From: Tubiluchus corallicola
Lineage: Eukaryota > Animalia > Priapulida
NCBI GenBank assembly: GCA_030141605.1
Contig: JAQGDQ010000253.1
Location: forward strand, 1-64,000
DNA: 64,000 nt
Reading direction: 5' to 3'
Below the pieces are notes generated by a model that made no database searches, was not told the DNA's origin, and saw nothing but the letters and a program-made list of their open reading frames with translations. Numbering within the stretch: position 1 is the first letter of the stretch; each line of letters starts with the position of its first letter. The position numbers were made by a program, and so were the translations under genes. Shown one piece after another: positions 24,221-40,950 of the stretch.

Positions 24221-27200
24221 CTTGATAAGCTTCTGTCAGACAGACACCACTAATCGGCTAATAAATACACGAAGCTAAACAAAATGATGATTGCAGCTCA
24301 TCTGTGGTATGTCATAAATGCATGTACATTACACAACATTCCAACTTTCACTGATTATTTGAAGACGATGTTAGAGTGCATAAAATCATAGCTTCCAAAC
24401 AATGTTAACACAGATAATTTTGCTAGCAAGGATCTGCTCTTCGTCGAGTATCACTCAAGAAAAATAGCCAAGTTTCCAAGAGAATTATTCGTGGTAGTAA
24501 GCACTGTCTAACTTCTGATACTGTATATTTATGCAGGCGTAATCCTAAATCAATAATAAAAATATGACAAACACACGTTTTAGCTAACAGCAGATTTATG
24601 TGGCGAACACGCATTCCTCATAACTCACAGTATCAATCTGCGGCAATAATTTACTAATAAAATACTGGTAATGAAAAACTCCAAGAAGCAAATTATTCTA
24701 ATAACGTGTACCGAGTTCAGTGGACGACACTCAATCACCGCCTTTTCTTTCTCCTAATTAAGTCAAAATGTGACGAAAGCTTTTTCAATACGATCATGAA
24801 TGAATAAGGAGTCGCGAAGTGTGTGTTTAGTGCCGCAGCGTCCCAGCAGGCTTCAGTTTGTAGAAATTAGTGCAGATCAATGCACAATTGTGCTCGAGAG
24901 GCCGTAGTTTACATAGTGGGTAAAAGCACAGTTGCGGTGCAGACGTCCCGCTCAGTTATAAAGCTGTCGCTCACGCCTTTACCAGAAAGGCGAACACCCA
25001 GTAAGCTCCAATGAGTTAACTCTAGAGTCTTTGGCGACCTTGCAAAGACGTCTCTGTGCACTTACGACTAGCCTTTGACGTTCGGTTGCTCATTTTCCTA
25101 TAAATGTCATCAAATTGTCATTAGGGAAAAGCATATGCGATGCTGCTGAATACGCGGGCTTCATGTTGTGAGTGAGTGAATGGCAGACTGCAGTCTGTAA
25201 GCGAACAAACCCTATTAGATGCTTGACATTTCTGCATTGTGTGCGTTACAACGGAAAATCAGATTCAGTTTCCGTTGCACAGTGTATAGGTAAGCACCAC
25301 GTAAGGATCATTATCCAGCATGCTCTAACGCTAGCTCATGCAATTTGATAAACATTATTAGGAAATATGCTTCCGTTTTTTTTTCGAGGACTGTGAGTTA
25401 GGTCAAAACACCATTTAGGAACACAATTTTTCAGCAAAAATTTTCTAGAAAGACCTTAAAATATTAAAAGCTTAATTAACGCCTGGTTTTCTTACTCAAG
25501 TTTCTACTCATGTCTGTTTAGAGAAACTGCAAGCACTCGCCTATGAGTGCACGCTTGCACCCACTGTACTCACAATTATACACTATATGAAAACATGCAG
25601 AACAACAGCAGATTTTGAAGTAATGAAGAACATTTTTAATTTTATTCGCAACGTTTCAATTTGATTACAAATCAGCACTAAGTGAAGGAAAGAGACAAAC
25701 ATGATAACTTATTATCAGCAGTAATATTGTTGAATAAAATTGAGAATGTTCTTCATAATTTCATTCGTCTGATTTTGTACTGCATACGAGTTTGCGATTC
25801 CTAAATCTCCACAGACACAGTTACCGGAAGCCCCAATACGGTTACCGGAATTACGTACAACGATATTGTAGCTTATATATTCACGACCTAAGCTAACTGG
25901 CTCATTTATACATGAACTGGCTCATTTATACATGCCTCATAACACGGTTCGCCCTCTTTTCTAACTGAAAATGTGATTAATGTTGCTTAGCCTTAACTTA
26001 TCTTCAGTTAATTAGTTGCTACTCAAAGCTAGGCTTCGCACTGGCAAGTTAATAAAAGCTTTCCACTTTCATTTTCTAGCTGCCTTTCCAATAATGAGAG
26101 CATTGTGGTAATTCCTTGAGTAAAGCCCTTCTACATTCATTCAAAGCAAATTAAGTACACTAACAGACAAGCAACTATTCTCTCTTTCATTTTACCGCTC
26201 TCGATGAGACTTCCAAAAACCATAAAACATCATTTCTTTTCTGAAAAATCTATAAGGCTTTATACGTTTCTAAACATGAAAACACAAACTGTCTGTTTCT
26301 TTTTCAGCGCATTGAAGTTTTTTCACACAAAGTTCGCAAGAAGATTTTTAAGTACACACCTGCAACCCGTCATTGCAAAGAAGTCGATAATATCACTTTA
26401 TTTTTTAATAGTCGTTTGCGTACAACACACAACTTCGTCACCACAAAACTGTTTCAATGACATACTTGTTTACAAACAAACTGTGACAGACAATCAGTCG
26501 TTCTATACAAAACATTAGAATTACCGAAAATGTGCGCAACATCCCTCAAGCAGTACTGTATTTCCTCAGCCTCCCCATCCGTGTGTAATGATTTTCTCAT
26601 TGAATGACATCACTACGCTAGGCGCGCAATCTACAATATCCATGATTGGGGCATCATGTGTAAAACAGACGCAGCCTAGTATATATCTGTGATAACTAAA
26701 TTTCTTGTAGCATAATGCACATTGAGGCTAATTTTGTTAAATTAAATCCCCAACTTTGGTTTTAAAACGTATTTTAAATAGTTCATTATTGCGTTATACT
26801 AACATACTGTGAATTATACTGATTGAATGGAAAACTGAATAATTGTTGGACAGATAAAAGCAAACAAGTTACGTTAATGTATTAGTTCAACAGCATTATT
26901 AGACAACAGACATACACATAAAACTTTTAGAATAGTACAAGGTACTCAAAGCCGACTTAAATAGAAATAAGAAATGAATACCATTCATAAGTTCACAGAT
27001 CAGTAACAAGAAACAAACGATGTATGAAAAAAGAGAAGTTTAATAAAAGAGTGAAATTGTTGTCGAAATTATCGGAGATTTCACGATTAAAAAGAACTAC
27101 AAAACACCTGACGCGCACTCAAGTACATGTGAAATACATTTTGAAATGACTCACGGTCTAAACTCAAATTTCTTACATTTGACTGTAATTAAACCTCTGC

Positions 27201-27774
27201 TTTATCCACGCTCCGACATTGCCAAAAACACGACTCCTGCCGGGTTTTGCCGGGCAAAAATTCATTCAAGATGTCATTCATTCTGTCTTGCACATGGAAA
27301 ACTCAACAACAAAGTTCTACATGTGTTGTACATGTGCAACAGAATTTAATAACATTGCACATAGTAGGCCTATATGAAAGTTCTTTTGGATGTCTTACTA
27401 GTGCCCCATTCACCACTGTATGCAGCATTGAACATAAAATTTAGCGGCAGAAATTGTTTGTCTGTTTGCTTGTTTGTTTGACCATAACAAAAGCATTAAG
27501 CCTTAGGAAACAGACATGCAAAATTAAAAGCCTTCTAATTGTTGTTACACTTCATGGATAAAAACATTGAAATAAGAGATTTGTTAATTAGTGGGACAAA
27601 TTAATAGTGGTGATATGATAATCCGTAAGTTTGACGGGTAGCCATTGTTTTCAGTGGCCTGCACATGTGAAATATGGTGTAATCAACTTCTAGTGTTGCT
27701 GTTCCGCCGATCAGTTGGTCGCCTTTCCTTAATGAAATTGCCAATAACGTTACAGTCGCCTGTTAAGTGTGAAC

Positions 27775-29075
<1,301 letters not shown>

Positions 29076-30040
29076 AGGAATATTCCAAGCATTCACAAAC
29101 ATAACAGAAGAAAATTATGTAAAAATAGATTATTGTAAACTAAACAAAAATGTAATTGATCAATAACAACCCTTTACGGAGACCAAAATTGAAGGTAATT
29201 GACACGAATTTTCATTGTCGGATAATTTCTGTAATTATTGCAAAAGTTCCATCTCTTCCCATCACTGTGATCAGACACTCTCGTCCTCTCACGGGATGAA
29301 ACTAACTCATCTAAATTACAGCACAAATCCATTTTGGCTAATATTATCTATTATAGTTGAAAAAGATTTCCCCACTGAATGCTAAAAAACGTGGAGTGCA
29401 AATGTGACAAGATAGATGTCCATAATTTCAAAATGGATGTCACGCAGAAATACCGGGCGGACGGAAGCTGATTTAATTCATTTCCGCTGATTGTCACTGT
29501 CACAGATTTTACAATTAAATGAACTCTGGTATTTTTACAAATTTCTGGTGAGATTACATGATGTAGCGGTGGGTCTGCTGCTTTCAAGGTCTGTTGTTTT
29601 CAGTGAAGCTTCTAAGGCCAGAGAAAATTTCACATAGTGACAAGTTTTAATTTTTGCAGTTTGTGGATATTTTTCAAAAATGATTTGTCACTCACCATAA
29701 AATATGTAGCACACCTTCCACATATATACTTGAACTTATACTTGAATGGCCACGTAATATAACGTGATCTTCAAATTAAATAACCACCCACGGCCGCTTC
29801 CTAGCAGTTTCAAGTCATGTTATAGCTAATTCTGACACGCAGACTAACGTTAGGAAAGCGTTCAAAAAGCAGTTAGGCGTAATTGCCTAGTTTCGGTGTC
29901 ATCATTAAATTTTGAATTCGCGACATACACGGACACGTTTAATTTGCTATGATATAGTGTGAAACTACCATTGGAACCGGCGTTGAAGTCTTCAGCTGCA
30001 GAAATAGGAAGGAGTGTATAATCTCCCACACAGTTTAAAT

Positions 30041-30117
30041 ACCCTAACGCTAGTCCTAACCCTAAAACCCAACCACAACCCTAACCCGAACACTAATCCC
30101 AACCCAAACTTTAACCG
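30041..30117. repeat. Degenerate (CCCTAA)n telomere-like patch
   Basis: About 12 imperfect CCCTAA-like hexamers flanked by a short inverted pair CTCCCACACA / TGTGTGGGG; probably part of a non-autonomous DNA element. Confidence 0.65.
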
Positions 30118-30779
30118 TACCTTACTCCGCTTCTCGAACTAATTCATATGTGTGTGGGGGGAGGGAGGGGGTCTATATAGCACAGAAATAAATCAAACTA
30201 ACTAAATAAACCAGAATTCAGCTAGAAACCACGTGACTTGTGCCTCGACGACACTTTATGGACGGCAAAAAAATTTCAGGCTTTTTTCGCTGTAAAAAAA
30301 AGAACAGTTAAACAGCCAAAAGTTAAATGCAGTGTGATTCGGATTCCAGAAAGTGTTTCTTTTTTCGTTTTTTCTCCAGAGGTTATTCTGAAAACGGCTT
30401 GTTAATTATATATTATAGTGAGTTAGTGAAAGTAAAAAATAGAACAAATATCACACCGTAAAACAATAGTGATGTTGAAAAGTAAGGAATGCTGCCCAGT
30501 TATGTGTGTCAAAAAACTTTCACTTGATTGCAATTAAGATATTGACCTTGGATTCTGGAATATTCTTACAAATTACACGAAATGTCTAAATACCCTCATC
30601 AGAAGCTTCTGAAACACTTATTAAAACTTTTTTGTAACAAATTTGTATCTTGTTTCTAATGCATATTATAAATAATATTGATGACCATATTATCGATTTG
30701 AGAAACTAGGCCCATTTTAAGCTATTAAGAGCATCTCGTTAAGATTTTCTCATAGCAAAAATCTTCTTGAATTTTATAC

Positions 30780-31520
30780 AGTTATTTCTTATTTATTTTC
30801 CCTAAGTATTTCGCTTAATAACTCGTTAACCTTGCAAGCTAAGGTCGCGAAACTCGCAGGGTGGATAGTCCTGGGCGGTGGAAGGGCAGCAGTGTTTTGA
30901 ACTCTAACCTCTGGTCAAGAGGTTGAGGGCAGTGGGCGTTGGTCAGTTTTTCCATTGGTCCGCATCTCCTCCTAGGGTTTCAATTTTTTCACAAGTATTT
31001 AGGTATTGTGGGGAGGTCTGCATTAAGTATTTTCATAAATCTCTAGGCTCTAACACGGTTCGAGATAGGGGTCAAATACAAAATCAGGGGGCCCACTTTT
31101 GGTGACCTTTTAGACGTAGAGGATTAGGGATACAAAACTTACAGAAAACCCTCATTAGGCAAGGCGAACTATGTTTATATGTGACACGAGAGTGTTGGGT
31201 CAAAGGTCAAGGAGTGGGTGGGCCTTCATTTATAATTCGTTAGGCTCTATCTGCTTCTACGCTTTTTGAGCTAATGCACAAATTTTAGTATATGGCCAGG
31301 TATGGTCGCCGTCTTGCATCACTGAATGGGAGACATGTGCGTGTGGAAAAATTAACCGCTAAGGGAAAACCCGAACTTTGGGGATCGGGGACAAAAGTAC
31401 CTTGTGTAGAGGGACTGTAGCTTGTGGTACATCAAATGAATATCGTCCGTCAAACGAATCGGACGGCGTAAGATATGTCGAAATTGGCTGACCTCTGATA
31501 CCACTAACGGAAAAAAGAGA
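30780..31520. mobile_element. Probable non-autonomous DNA or rolling-circle element remnant (family unassigned)
   Basis: Locally higher GC with GGTCAAAGGTCAA / GGGGTCAAA motifs and palindromic blocks (CGTCCGTCAAACGAATCGGACG); termini not resolved. Confidence 0.35.
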
Positions 31521-33067
31521 TCAAGGAGACGAATGTTTTCAGTGTCGAGCGAAACTAGCTTGCAGCACACGAATAAAAGTTTTCGATAAGATTAACCGAA
31601 TGGTGTAAGTTGACAGGAGATTGCTTGGCCTTTGAGTTACGGATCGAAAAGTTACAGGTTGCAATTTCATTGCAGAATGCATCTTCTCAGTAATCAACGT
31701 GAACACAACGAAATCAAAATTATGATTTTTAAAAACAAAAGGTTCAAGTATTTCAAAGTCAAATTCTGTAACTATTGTTTGCAAAGTATTCAGTGTCGTC
31801 AATATGCTGTAGTCAACTTGTTTTTTTTTCTAATACTGCAACTGTACGAAACGCATGTTGGTGTATAGGCCTGTCTGTAAGACCTTGGAAAAAATAAAGT
31901 TAAGCACTGAAGCTGTGCTCTCATAAAACATAATAATAAACGTGGTAAATCGGGTATCGTAGTATACTGATGAGTATCGGATAAGAAGCTTCAGGTTTTG
32001 CTAAAAATAAAAGTAGTAAGACAGGAAAGTAGCGTCTATATCACTTTTTTATTTTTAGTAAAGCTGCCCGACAGTATTTTTAGTATTGTCCGACATTCGT
32101 CAGTGTGCGACATTAGTGCATTTTACCCGGAATAAATCGAACTAACAAAGGCGAAAATCTCCTATGATTTAAAAATTCACTACCCTTAATATGAGCGTGT
32201 TTTTATCAGCGCTCTTTCTGGTAGGAAAACCAAAGTGGCGATTTCGAGCTCTTTGTTTGTCGTTACGTAGGTTCGAGTAATCAGTTTCTAAACGATGCAC
32301 AGCATTGTCCGATTTTAAGAAGTATATGGCGATACATGTGTATTGTGATTCTTCGAAATCATTCAGTAGCAACGAGTTAATTGGAATTTTAATAATAAAA
32401 CACGCACAAACCTGCTTAATTTGCTGAACAGTGGCTTGAAAAGGGGGCAAACACTAAGTAACTTGAAGTGTCAACCTGTTGCACGATAGGTAATCGATCA
32501 TAAATTCATAGCTATTTCAGTGCTGCTCAGAAAATCAGCCCAAACGAGTCTTCCAACGTTTCAAGAGAAAAAGGGAAAACAATAAAAAACAGTACATTAT
32601 AAACTACAAATACTGACTGTCAATGTCAATATGCATTAAGTATACACGGAATGACTAAGCCACATGCAATCTTACTGTCGTGGTCGCTTCCAAGGTCTAA
32701 AACCAACGCGTGACAAGTCAGATTGTTTTTTCTGCAGCCCAATATTTTTTTGAAAACTACTTCTTTAATGTAGATAAACTGTCATTTAGCAAATGGTTAT
32801 ATTTAAATTCAATAGTCGTTATTTCATATAAAAACGCGTCAGTCATATCACAAACAAATGCTAAAAAATCATTAAAGTGGAACTGACCCATAAACAAGCG
32901 TGCCACCTGTTGGTCATTTGTGAGATGTGAGAGCGAAAGCACCTGTGCTTTACCTCTTTTCAATACCTAGAAAGTGTCACACCTGCAAAGTGCGCAGGTG
33001 AACTGTGTAACGAATGACCGATCTGAAAAATAAATCAGCCTCAATTGATTACGACGCTTGTGCGTAC

Positions 33068-33172
33068 CTCACATCCCAGAAGCTGCGATAGAAGCATATT
33101 GGGCGGAATGTAGAACATCCTGTTTGTGGAGCCGCCCCGCAGCCCTGGAGACTGACCATATGGCAACGTCAT
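33068..33172 (-). CDS. Candidate alternative first coding exon (MTLPYGQSPGLRGGSTNRMFYIPPNMLLSQLLGCE|)
   Basis: ATG, 35 codons, raised GC, phase-0 donor GAG|GTACGC. Confidence 0.4.
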
Positions 33173-33494
33173 GAGTCAATATAGGAGTAAAAGGGTTACG
33201 CGTGTACTTATTAACATAGAACAAACACAGACAATAATATCTGCAGCGTTTTATCATGTTCAATAATCGTAGCAATAGTAATCGATATTCATCGATTTCT
33301 GCAAACGGCTGAGTTTGTAAGAGAGTGCAAACGCAAACATTTGCTGGGTCGTGACCAATGAGTCACAGACACAAAAAACGCGGGAGGTCTTTAAGACAAT
33401 TATGGCAATTTACAGCTCAATATATTGTTGTTAAAAAAAGCAAATTAGCAATTAGTTAGAATGGTCATGAACCTGACCTCAAGCTGTATGTTAA

Positions 33495-33664
33495 ACAAGC
33501 AGGTAAGCAAGTAAGTAAATAAACAAGTAAGTACGTAAGTAAGTAGATAAAGTAAGTAAGTAGGTAAGTAAGTAAGTAAGTAAGTCAGTCAGTCAGTCAG
33601 TCAGTCAGTCAGTCAGTCAGTCAGTCAGTCAGTCAGTAAGTAAGTAAGTAAGTAAGTAAGTAAC

Positions 33665-33714
<50 letters not shown>

Positions 33715-33845
33715 CGTACGTAAGTAAACAGGTAAGTAGGCAAGTAAGTAAGTAATTAAGCAAGTAAGCAATTTGGCTGGCAAGCAAGTAAGTAAGCCAG
33801 TGCATAACCAAAAAAGCAAGTAAGTAAGTTAAAAGTAAGCAATAA
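33495..33845. repeat. Compound (TAAG)n/(AGTC)n microsatellite
   Basis: Direct reading. Confidence 0.95.
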
Positions 33846-34750
33846 GTACAATTTTGTCATGATGGTGTCTTGGTGTCACTGGTGTGAACGTCTGACTCAG
33901 TCGGACAGAAGAAATTACTCGTTTTATTCAAAATTAATGCGTTTTAAGAAGAAGTCATTGCCTTTGAATACGCATTTGGAATTTTCGACAATAAGTTAAC
34001 GCTCAACTGTCCTTTTTACATTATAGACTGTTAAATATTTTTAATGTCGTTGGCTTAAAAATGCTCTAGTAGCCTGACTACTTCATTATTTATAAGGAAA
34101 GAACCTGTCAACAATTTTTGGTGGCCAATTAAAGTACCGTTTTCGGCATTTTATTACAATTGCTTTATTATTATGATGTTGCTTTATCACCAAGACATAC
34201 CACATGTGACCAAAATGCCAAATAATTCTGTGAGGCACGTGTTTATTGCACATTTTTGTTTTTGCTTGAGAACTGTTTCGTTTCATAATTACGCAAATTC
34301 CTACAATTTTCTTCCCCAGCCGTTCAATAGGCTTAAGTCACGGCAACTTTTGATGCAAAGGATTTAATCAGAGATTTAATTTTGCCGTAACGTCGAAAAG
34401 GGATTCAGTTTTCAATTTTACGTTGCAAAAGAATTCCGATAAAATGCAATTTTGCATACAGAAAGTTCTGCTGTTTCTGATTTTTAATAAGCCTTTATCG
34501 ACCACATGGCACAAAATTATCATCGAAATTCACTCAGAAAATGATAGCCGTAAAAAATTATTATTAGTAGTAAACGCGTCTGCCAATAAGTGACGAAAAT
34601 TTCATTTTGTCACACTAAGGTTTAACAGGGAATTATTAATGTTTTGATGCTGGCACATAAGTTTACTATAGCAAGATACACAGAGGTCCAAATGAAGCCA
34701 GTACAGAATTTGCCACACTAAAGCGTGAAGATAAGGGCCGCGTCGAAGCG

Positions 34751-34790
34751 CAGCGCCATCTAATGGTGGAAAAATAAAAAAGGCGGGGTT
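34751..34790 (-). promoter_or_regulatory. CTCF-like motif plus GC-box-like element
   Basis: Minus strand reads ACCATTAGATGGCGCTG, one mismatch from the CTCF core CCACTAGATGGCGC; AGGCGGGGTT at 34781-34790. Confidence 0.35.
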
Positions 34791-34799
34791 AGAAGCGCC

Positions 34800-35700
<901 letters not shown>

Positions 35701-38700
35701 TTACCAACTGAAAACCGCACTTTCTCAGTGAACACGAATAAGCAACATCAAACTTTGCGTCGCCCAAGCAATTCTCGCTCAATGACACAACAAAAGTCTT
35801 TTGAAAAATAAGCATACCTTACTTTAAAAATCAAAACCATTTGACTAAAATATTAACCTAGCCAAACTTATCACTTCAAAACATTCCTTCATGCACCGGA
35901 TGTCATTTCCTCAGTTTTGTCTGTTCAATTAAAGTTTAACAATGTAGCGTACACGTTACTGCTATCGATATAAAAGGATATTGTCCTTATTTTTGAAAAT
36001 ATAATAAACAATGCAATCATATAAACATGATATAGCAAGATGAAACAGAACCTATAATTATACAACTTTACGGTGACAGCTGCTAAAATTCCCACTCCTC
36101 TTCCTTCATTCACCCTTTCTTTCAGATAACATCTCAAATTTTTCGCTGAAAAGCTTTGGCATTAAAGATAAAAGATCATCATATTTCGTCAAACACAAAA
36201 ATCAAGTGTTATTGTTGGGTAAATGAATGTGGATTAGCAGAATCCCCTTGAGAGTCATCAGCTCATTTATTAGAATCATAAAACGTGTCAAACGCACCGC
36301 CTGCCGCATGTTACTATAATAACCAGATAAAGGAACCCTATTACAGTCTCGGTGAAATTTTGCCTATATTTTTTTGCTATTAGAATTTTACTACTATAAT
36401 AACGATAGTTAAGAGAACACTGATGCCACTTTTACACAGTGATGTTGCAAGAGGAATGAATTTTTACCTGTTTCACCCTTTATGAATTTTTAACAGGCTA
36501 TTTAAACACTGGGAATTCAATTTTCCCAAAAAAGCGATACTTTCCAATTTACAGTTGACGTACGGATTACGCAACCACATAATTATATTAAATTTGAGAA
36601 AAAAACCCAGCTGGCGTAAATTTACAAATGCTTGCTAGAGCACTTAATTTCCACAGTTTAAAATTACAGACCAAAGCCTTTATATAAGAATAAGATCGAT
36701 GTGAACTGAGGGGTACAAGACTGAAAAGACAGCGCTGCTTCCATGCGGCCCACCCACACAATGTGACATCATCTCCAAAATGCAACAGATGCGAAATGGT
36801 CAATAATTATCTGTAATATGCATATTATAATCATAAAATCCCCGCGGCTGTAATAAATGCAAAGTTTATTAGTGATGTCATTAGATATTGGATAGGCGGT
36901 GTGGTTACCTAACCGTATGGTATGATAGTTAACAATTAGTATAGTCACGCCCAAGTTATTTGAAGCCAGGCGATTAACATCAGTAAATAATAGCCATGTT
37001 TACGATGTGTCAAATGGTAGGTGAACGCCCGATGTGTGGATGTTTCTAAACAATATGTGGTCTTGACGATTTTGTCTTTAACATTTTGATCTATATGTAT
37101 AGTAACGTATACTATTAAGGTACTTAAGAACCTGCATTTCTCAAATCTGGTTCTATTTCGTTTTCAAAATACATTGCAAAATTTAGGCCTGGTAAGCTTC
37201 TGCACGATTCTGACTTTTTGATTCTGACCTTTCTGCTTCAGAAAAAATAACACAATTTTGGTGAATGTAAAACTCATAACTCAACAAAGTCCGAAATCGA
37301 GATCTGAGGTTTAATTCAAGAATATCGGTTACTTCGAACAATTACTGTTAATCAATAAATTCATTAGAAATATGCTGAACAGGGACGCAAAAGATATCAT
37401 GAGCAACACAGGATGTGGTAAACTAATTTCCAGAGTATGCCGATAGTGAAATTGTTAGTTACTTAGCCTAGTTACTTAGTTACTTAGTTACATAGATTTA
37501 TGTATATAATAAACACAATATTAAAAAATAAAATTGTGCAAATAATTTAGTATCTGTAATAAGTTTTTGTCCAAGTACATATTTACTTGAAGTGAGTAGC
37601 GTAGCGTCTAACAATAGCGTGAAGCCACAAAACTTATACAGCCAAGCCAAACTTTGTTAATTGAACCGCGCTAACGAAGCCATGTTTAATTTTGCAGTAC
37701 AAACAAGCCAAACTTGTTCATTACATAAAGAGAACAAATTGTTTGCTGACACAGCTAAACTAATATTGACTAAATGGCCAAAGGCTTCTTCACTGTGCCT
37801 TATATATAACAGTCTTCATTGCTTCTAAAAAATGAAGATTCATATGGAATACTAATGAAGTAGATGAGTTAATCAAACAAGCAAATTGGGAAAAAGAATC
37901 TTATTAAGGACGTTCAGCTTGAAAGCTGCCTTTAAATGCGTTTATAGACATGAAAGGCTGGCGATAATAAATAACAATTGTTTTTATGTCATGTAAGTCA
38001 ACCAGAAATACACTATTACGCAACACTAGACTATGTCAATACAATGCTTTACACAATGCGAATTTATAAAATTAATTCTTTAAATTATGTTGAGAAAACA
38101 AAAGGCTTATTGAATAGTGTCTTGTTCACTCGCTTGCAGTTAGTCGCTGTACAAATTAAATAAATGAAGTTGATTAAAACACTATAACGAACTTTACTCA
38201 CCACAAGTAAATGGCGTCCGTATCGATGGAAAACTGCCATTCGTGCCATTTTGTAGATAGTAGGAACAAATCCAAATGCACATGTGTTAATCAAACATGT
38301 TAACCAAATCACTCAAAACTGCTACGCTTAATCTAACTTTTGTGATCGTCAAAAGTACCTTTTACCACCTTTATTCTTTCACCTGAATGGTCACAACTCG
38401 TGCCTTTCTTACCTTCTAGACACTTTGTTTCTTTGCTTTTCTAACACAGAATTCCTTGCGGTCCATTGACCATTGTATGCAAATTTCTGGACCCACACTA
38501 GGAAGTGTAAACTCGTTAGTCATTAGTGGTTACTGGATACTAACTTCGGGCGACCACGTACTGGTCATCCTTGCATGCAGCTCCAGTCACCAATATGACA
38601 CGTGATTTATGTCCACAACCAAGCAGTCGGTATCGCGTCACCACAACCACAGGAGAAGGCTGACATGAAATATTCTAGGGCTCTCTTTAGTCTCTGCGGG

Positions 38701-40399
38701 AAATTCATTCAGCAAAAATGAGAAAAGTTTACACATCGCATAGCTCTGCAATCTAACTGTTAGTAAAAATTCCTTTCACGTTTGTCTGAGATAAATTATT
38801 TCAACCTACAAAAGATGCATTTGCAAAGGAGATTTTAGTGTGTAAGTCCACCATTATGTCAATATGTGTCAATAAACTTCTGTCAGCTTGTGCCATCGTA
38901 CTCACAATAATAATGAAGCCTCGACCACAACTAAATAACTTGGCTTTACAGTCTGCGCGCTGACGTAAAACCTTTTAGTGAAACCTGTAGTAAAATGACT
39001 TTACGGGTCAGCCTTGGGCCTATATATGCACATGTAAAAGAATCACTGGTAGTACCATAGTTGTCAAAAATAGCTGGTTGAACAAGACGAGCTTTAAAAA
39101 TAAACAGCTATCGATCATTATCATGCGGTGAAAATCACCATGTTTTCATCAACTCAAGATTACTTTCATTATAATGATTGTGCTGAAAATACTTCATTTC
39201 CACACGAAAAGAATTAGTTAATGAGTTAATTAAAGTATCCAGTCTGCTCGCCAAATAATGAAGCCAAGTCTTGTCGTGTGAGCATTCCATGGCTGTGACA
39301 GCGCCAAGATAAATTGGGTTTGAATGTAGCGTGTCCGGAATAAGTGCAGGTCGATGTCGATGAAAAAAGAACTCATTTAAACCGGCACAACAACAAACAG
39401 CAGACCGAATCGGTCGTCAAACCAACACGGCGGCTGAACATTAGCAATCATAGCGTGCTTTGAGAATTTCACTGAACGCTTCAGACAAGCAGTGTAACTT
39501 CAACATCTCAAGTACTTGGAAGGTTTCGGGTAGCACATAATAAAATCTCATTCATCAAAAATTTGCTGCCTGCTAAATTGTTAAGGAAATTTATTTAAAC
39601 AAACTTTCAATGGACTGTCGACTGTACAAAGACAGAACTGTGCAAAACCTAAAACAAGCCACGTACCTTGTAGACAGACTTTTTCTGATATCCAAAAAGC
39701 TCCAGATATAATTTATGTCTTAAGAAAGACACTAAGCCGAACAGAAAATAAAACTATACCAACCTCTGGAAAATGCTATTTAAACTATATCTATACCTAA
39801 TTACTTTTGCTAAAAACGACTAAGGGGACAGTTTTTTTGCTATCTGCTTTCTTCAGAAGTGGAAACTTAACACTCTATTGGAATATATGTAAGTACATGT
39901 TAACATGTTAGCCAACACATTTGTTTATAAAACGTAGGTAGCTAAGAATCAGCTAAACATCTGTGAAACAATAAAGACGTCTCACTTAACGTTAAAACGT
40001 AGTTGTAAATATACGTTTTTTGTGAATAACACAAAAACTGCGGGCCTTAAACTTTATAAACGCAAATTATGAGTACACAGAACATCACTGCGTCCACTAC
40101 GTAGTATTAACTCAACTGCACTAATAATGAACGCAGCTGAATTTGCGAATTAAATTAAAAGAGAATCAGCATAGTATTTCTGCAACTTCTGCGTATATAT
40201 ATCATGCACACACAAAAGAGTTAAAGCCATCCACGTAGCGGGTAAAGACAAATACTGCTTATTTTCATGAACGACAACAGCCATGGTTACGAACAAGTTG
40301 GTTTCTTTCTAGCTTTCTATTCGGTCAGCACAGCAGTTTGCGGTTCACAACTCATTCCCCACATTTTTTCATATGCCTGTAATAGAGAAACGGACAAGA

Positions 40400-40950
40400 C
40401 TCTCATGAAGGCGCCTTGTAAGGCTTCAAGGCTCACACCAAACTAAGTCGGTTACTGGTCAGCTGTCTCGTCTAGAAAATAACGTGTCACATTTAGAAAC
40501 GCCCAGCTCTCTGTCATCCATCATATTCATTAAGTTCTCGTGTCAGAATCAATGAATGAGGTTGAATTCGAAGCCAGCGCGAAGATTGGATCTAGAAGAA
40601 ACATGAAAGACAGACAAAGTACGGAGCGAACCCTGGGGGTCTACTGGCGTCGGTTTCTTGATGAAGATCATCTTAGTGTCGTCTATCAAATAAATGTGGA
40701 AAATGAGCTTCAGATCCTTGTGGGGTGCTATTCATTTTTTGTCATACAGTTAGGTCTAGTTCTTGCTTGGACTCAGCTATAAGTATAAGAAATGAAATCA
40801 TGAAAACTGCAAAAACGTTTATTGCCATAGTTTCTTGTCATTCCTAATAAAGAAGAAGGAGAACCTAAGAACTAGATAGAAGAAAAACTTAATACCACTT
40901 TTTACAAAAAATTGGTTAAAGTGATGGGCAATGGGAGAAAATTTTGTCAA
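40400..40950 (+). mobile_element. Decayed BEL/Pao LTR-retrotransposon pol fragment (boundaries approximate)
   Basis: ERTLGVYW...DEDHL resembles the Pao ERALGVxW...D motif, followed at the expected distance by DPCGVL (cf. DPLGxL) in another frame; many stops and frameshifts. Confidence 0.5.

Noticed and set aside
30041-30117. True telomere or chromosome fusion site
   Set aside because: Short, highly degenerate and single orientation; such patches are common inside non-autonomous elements.
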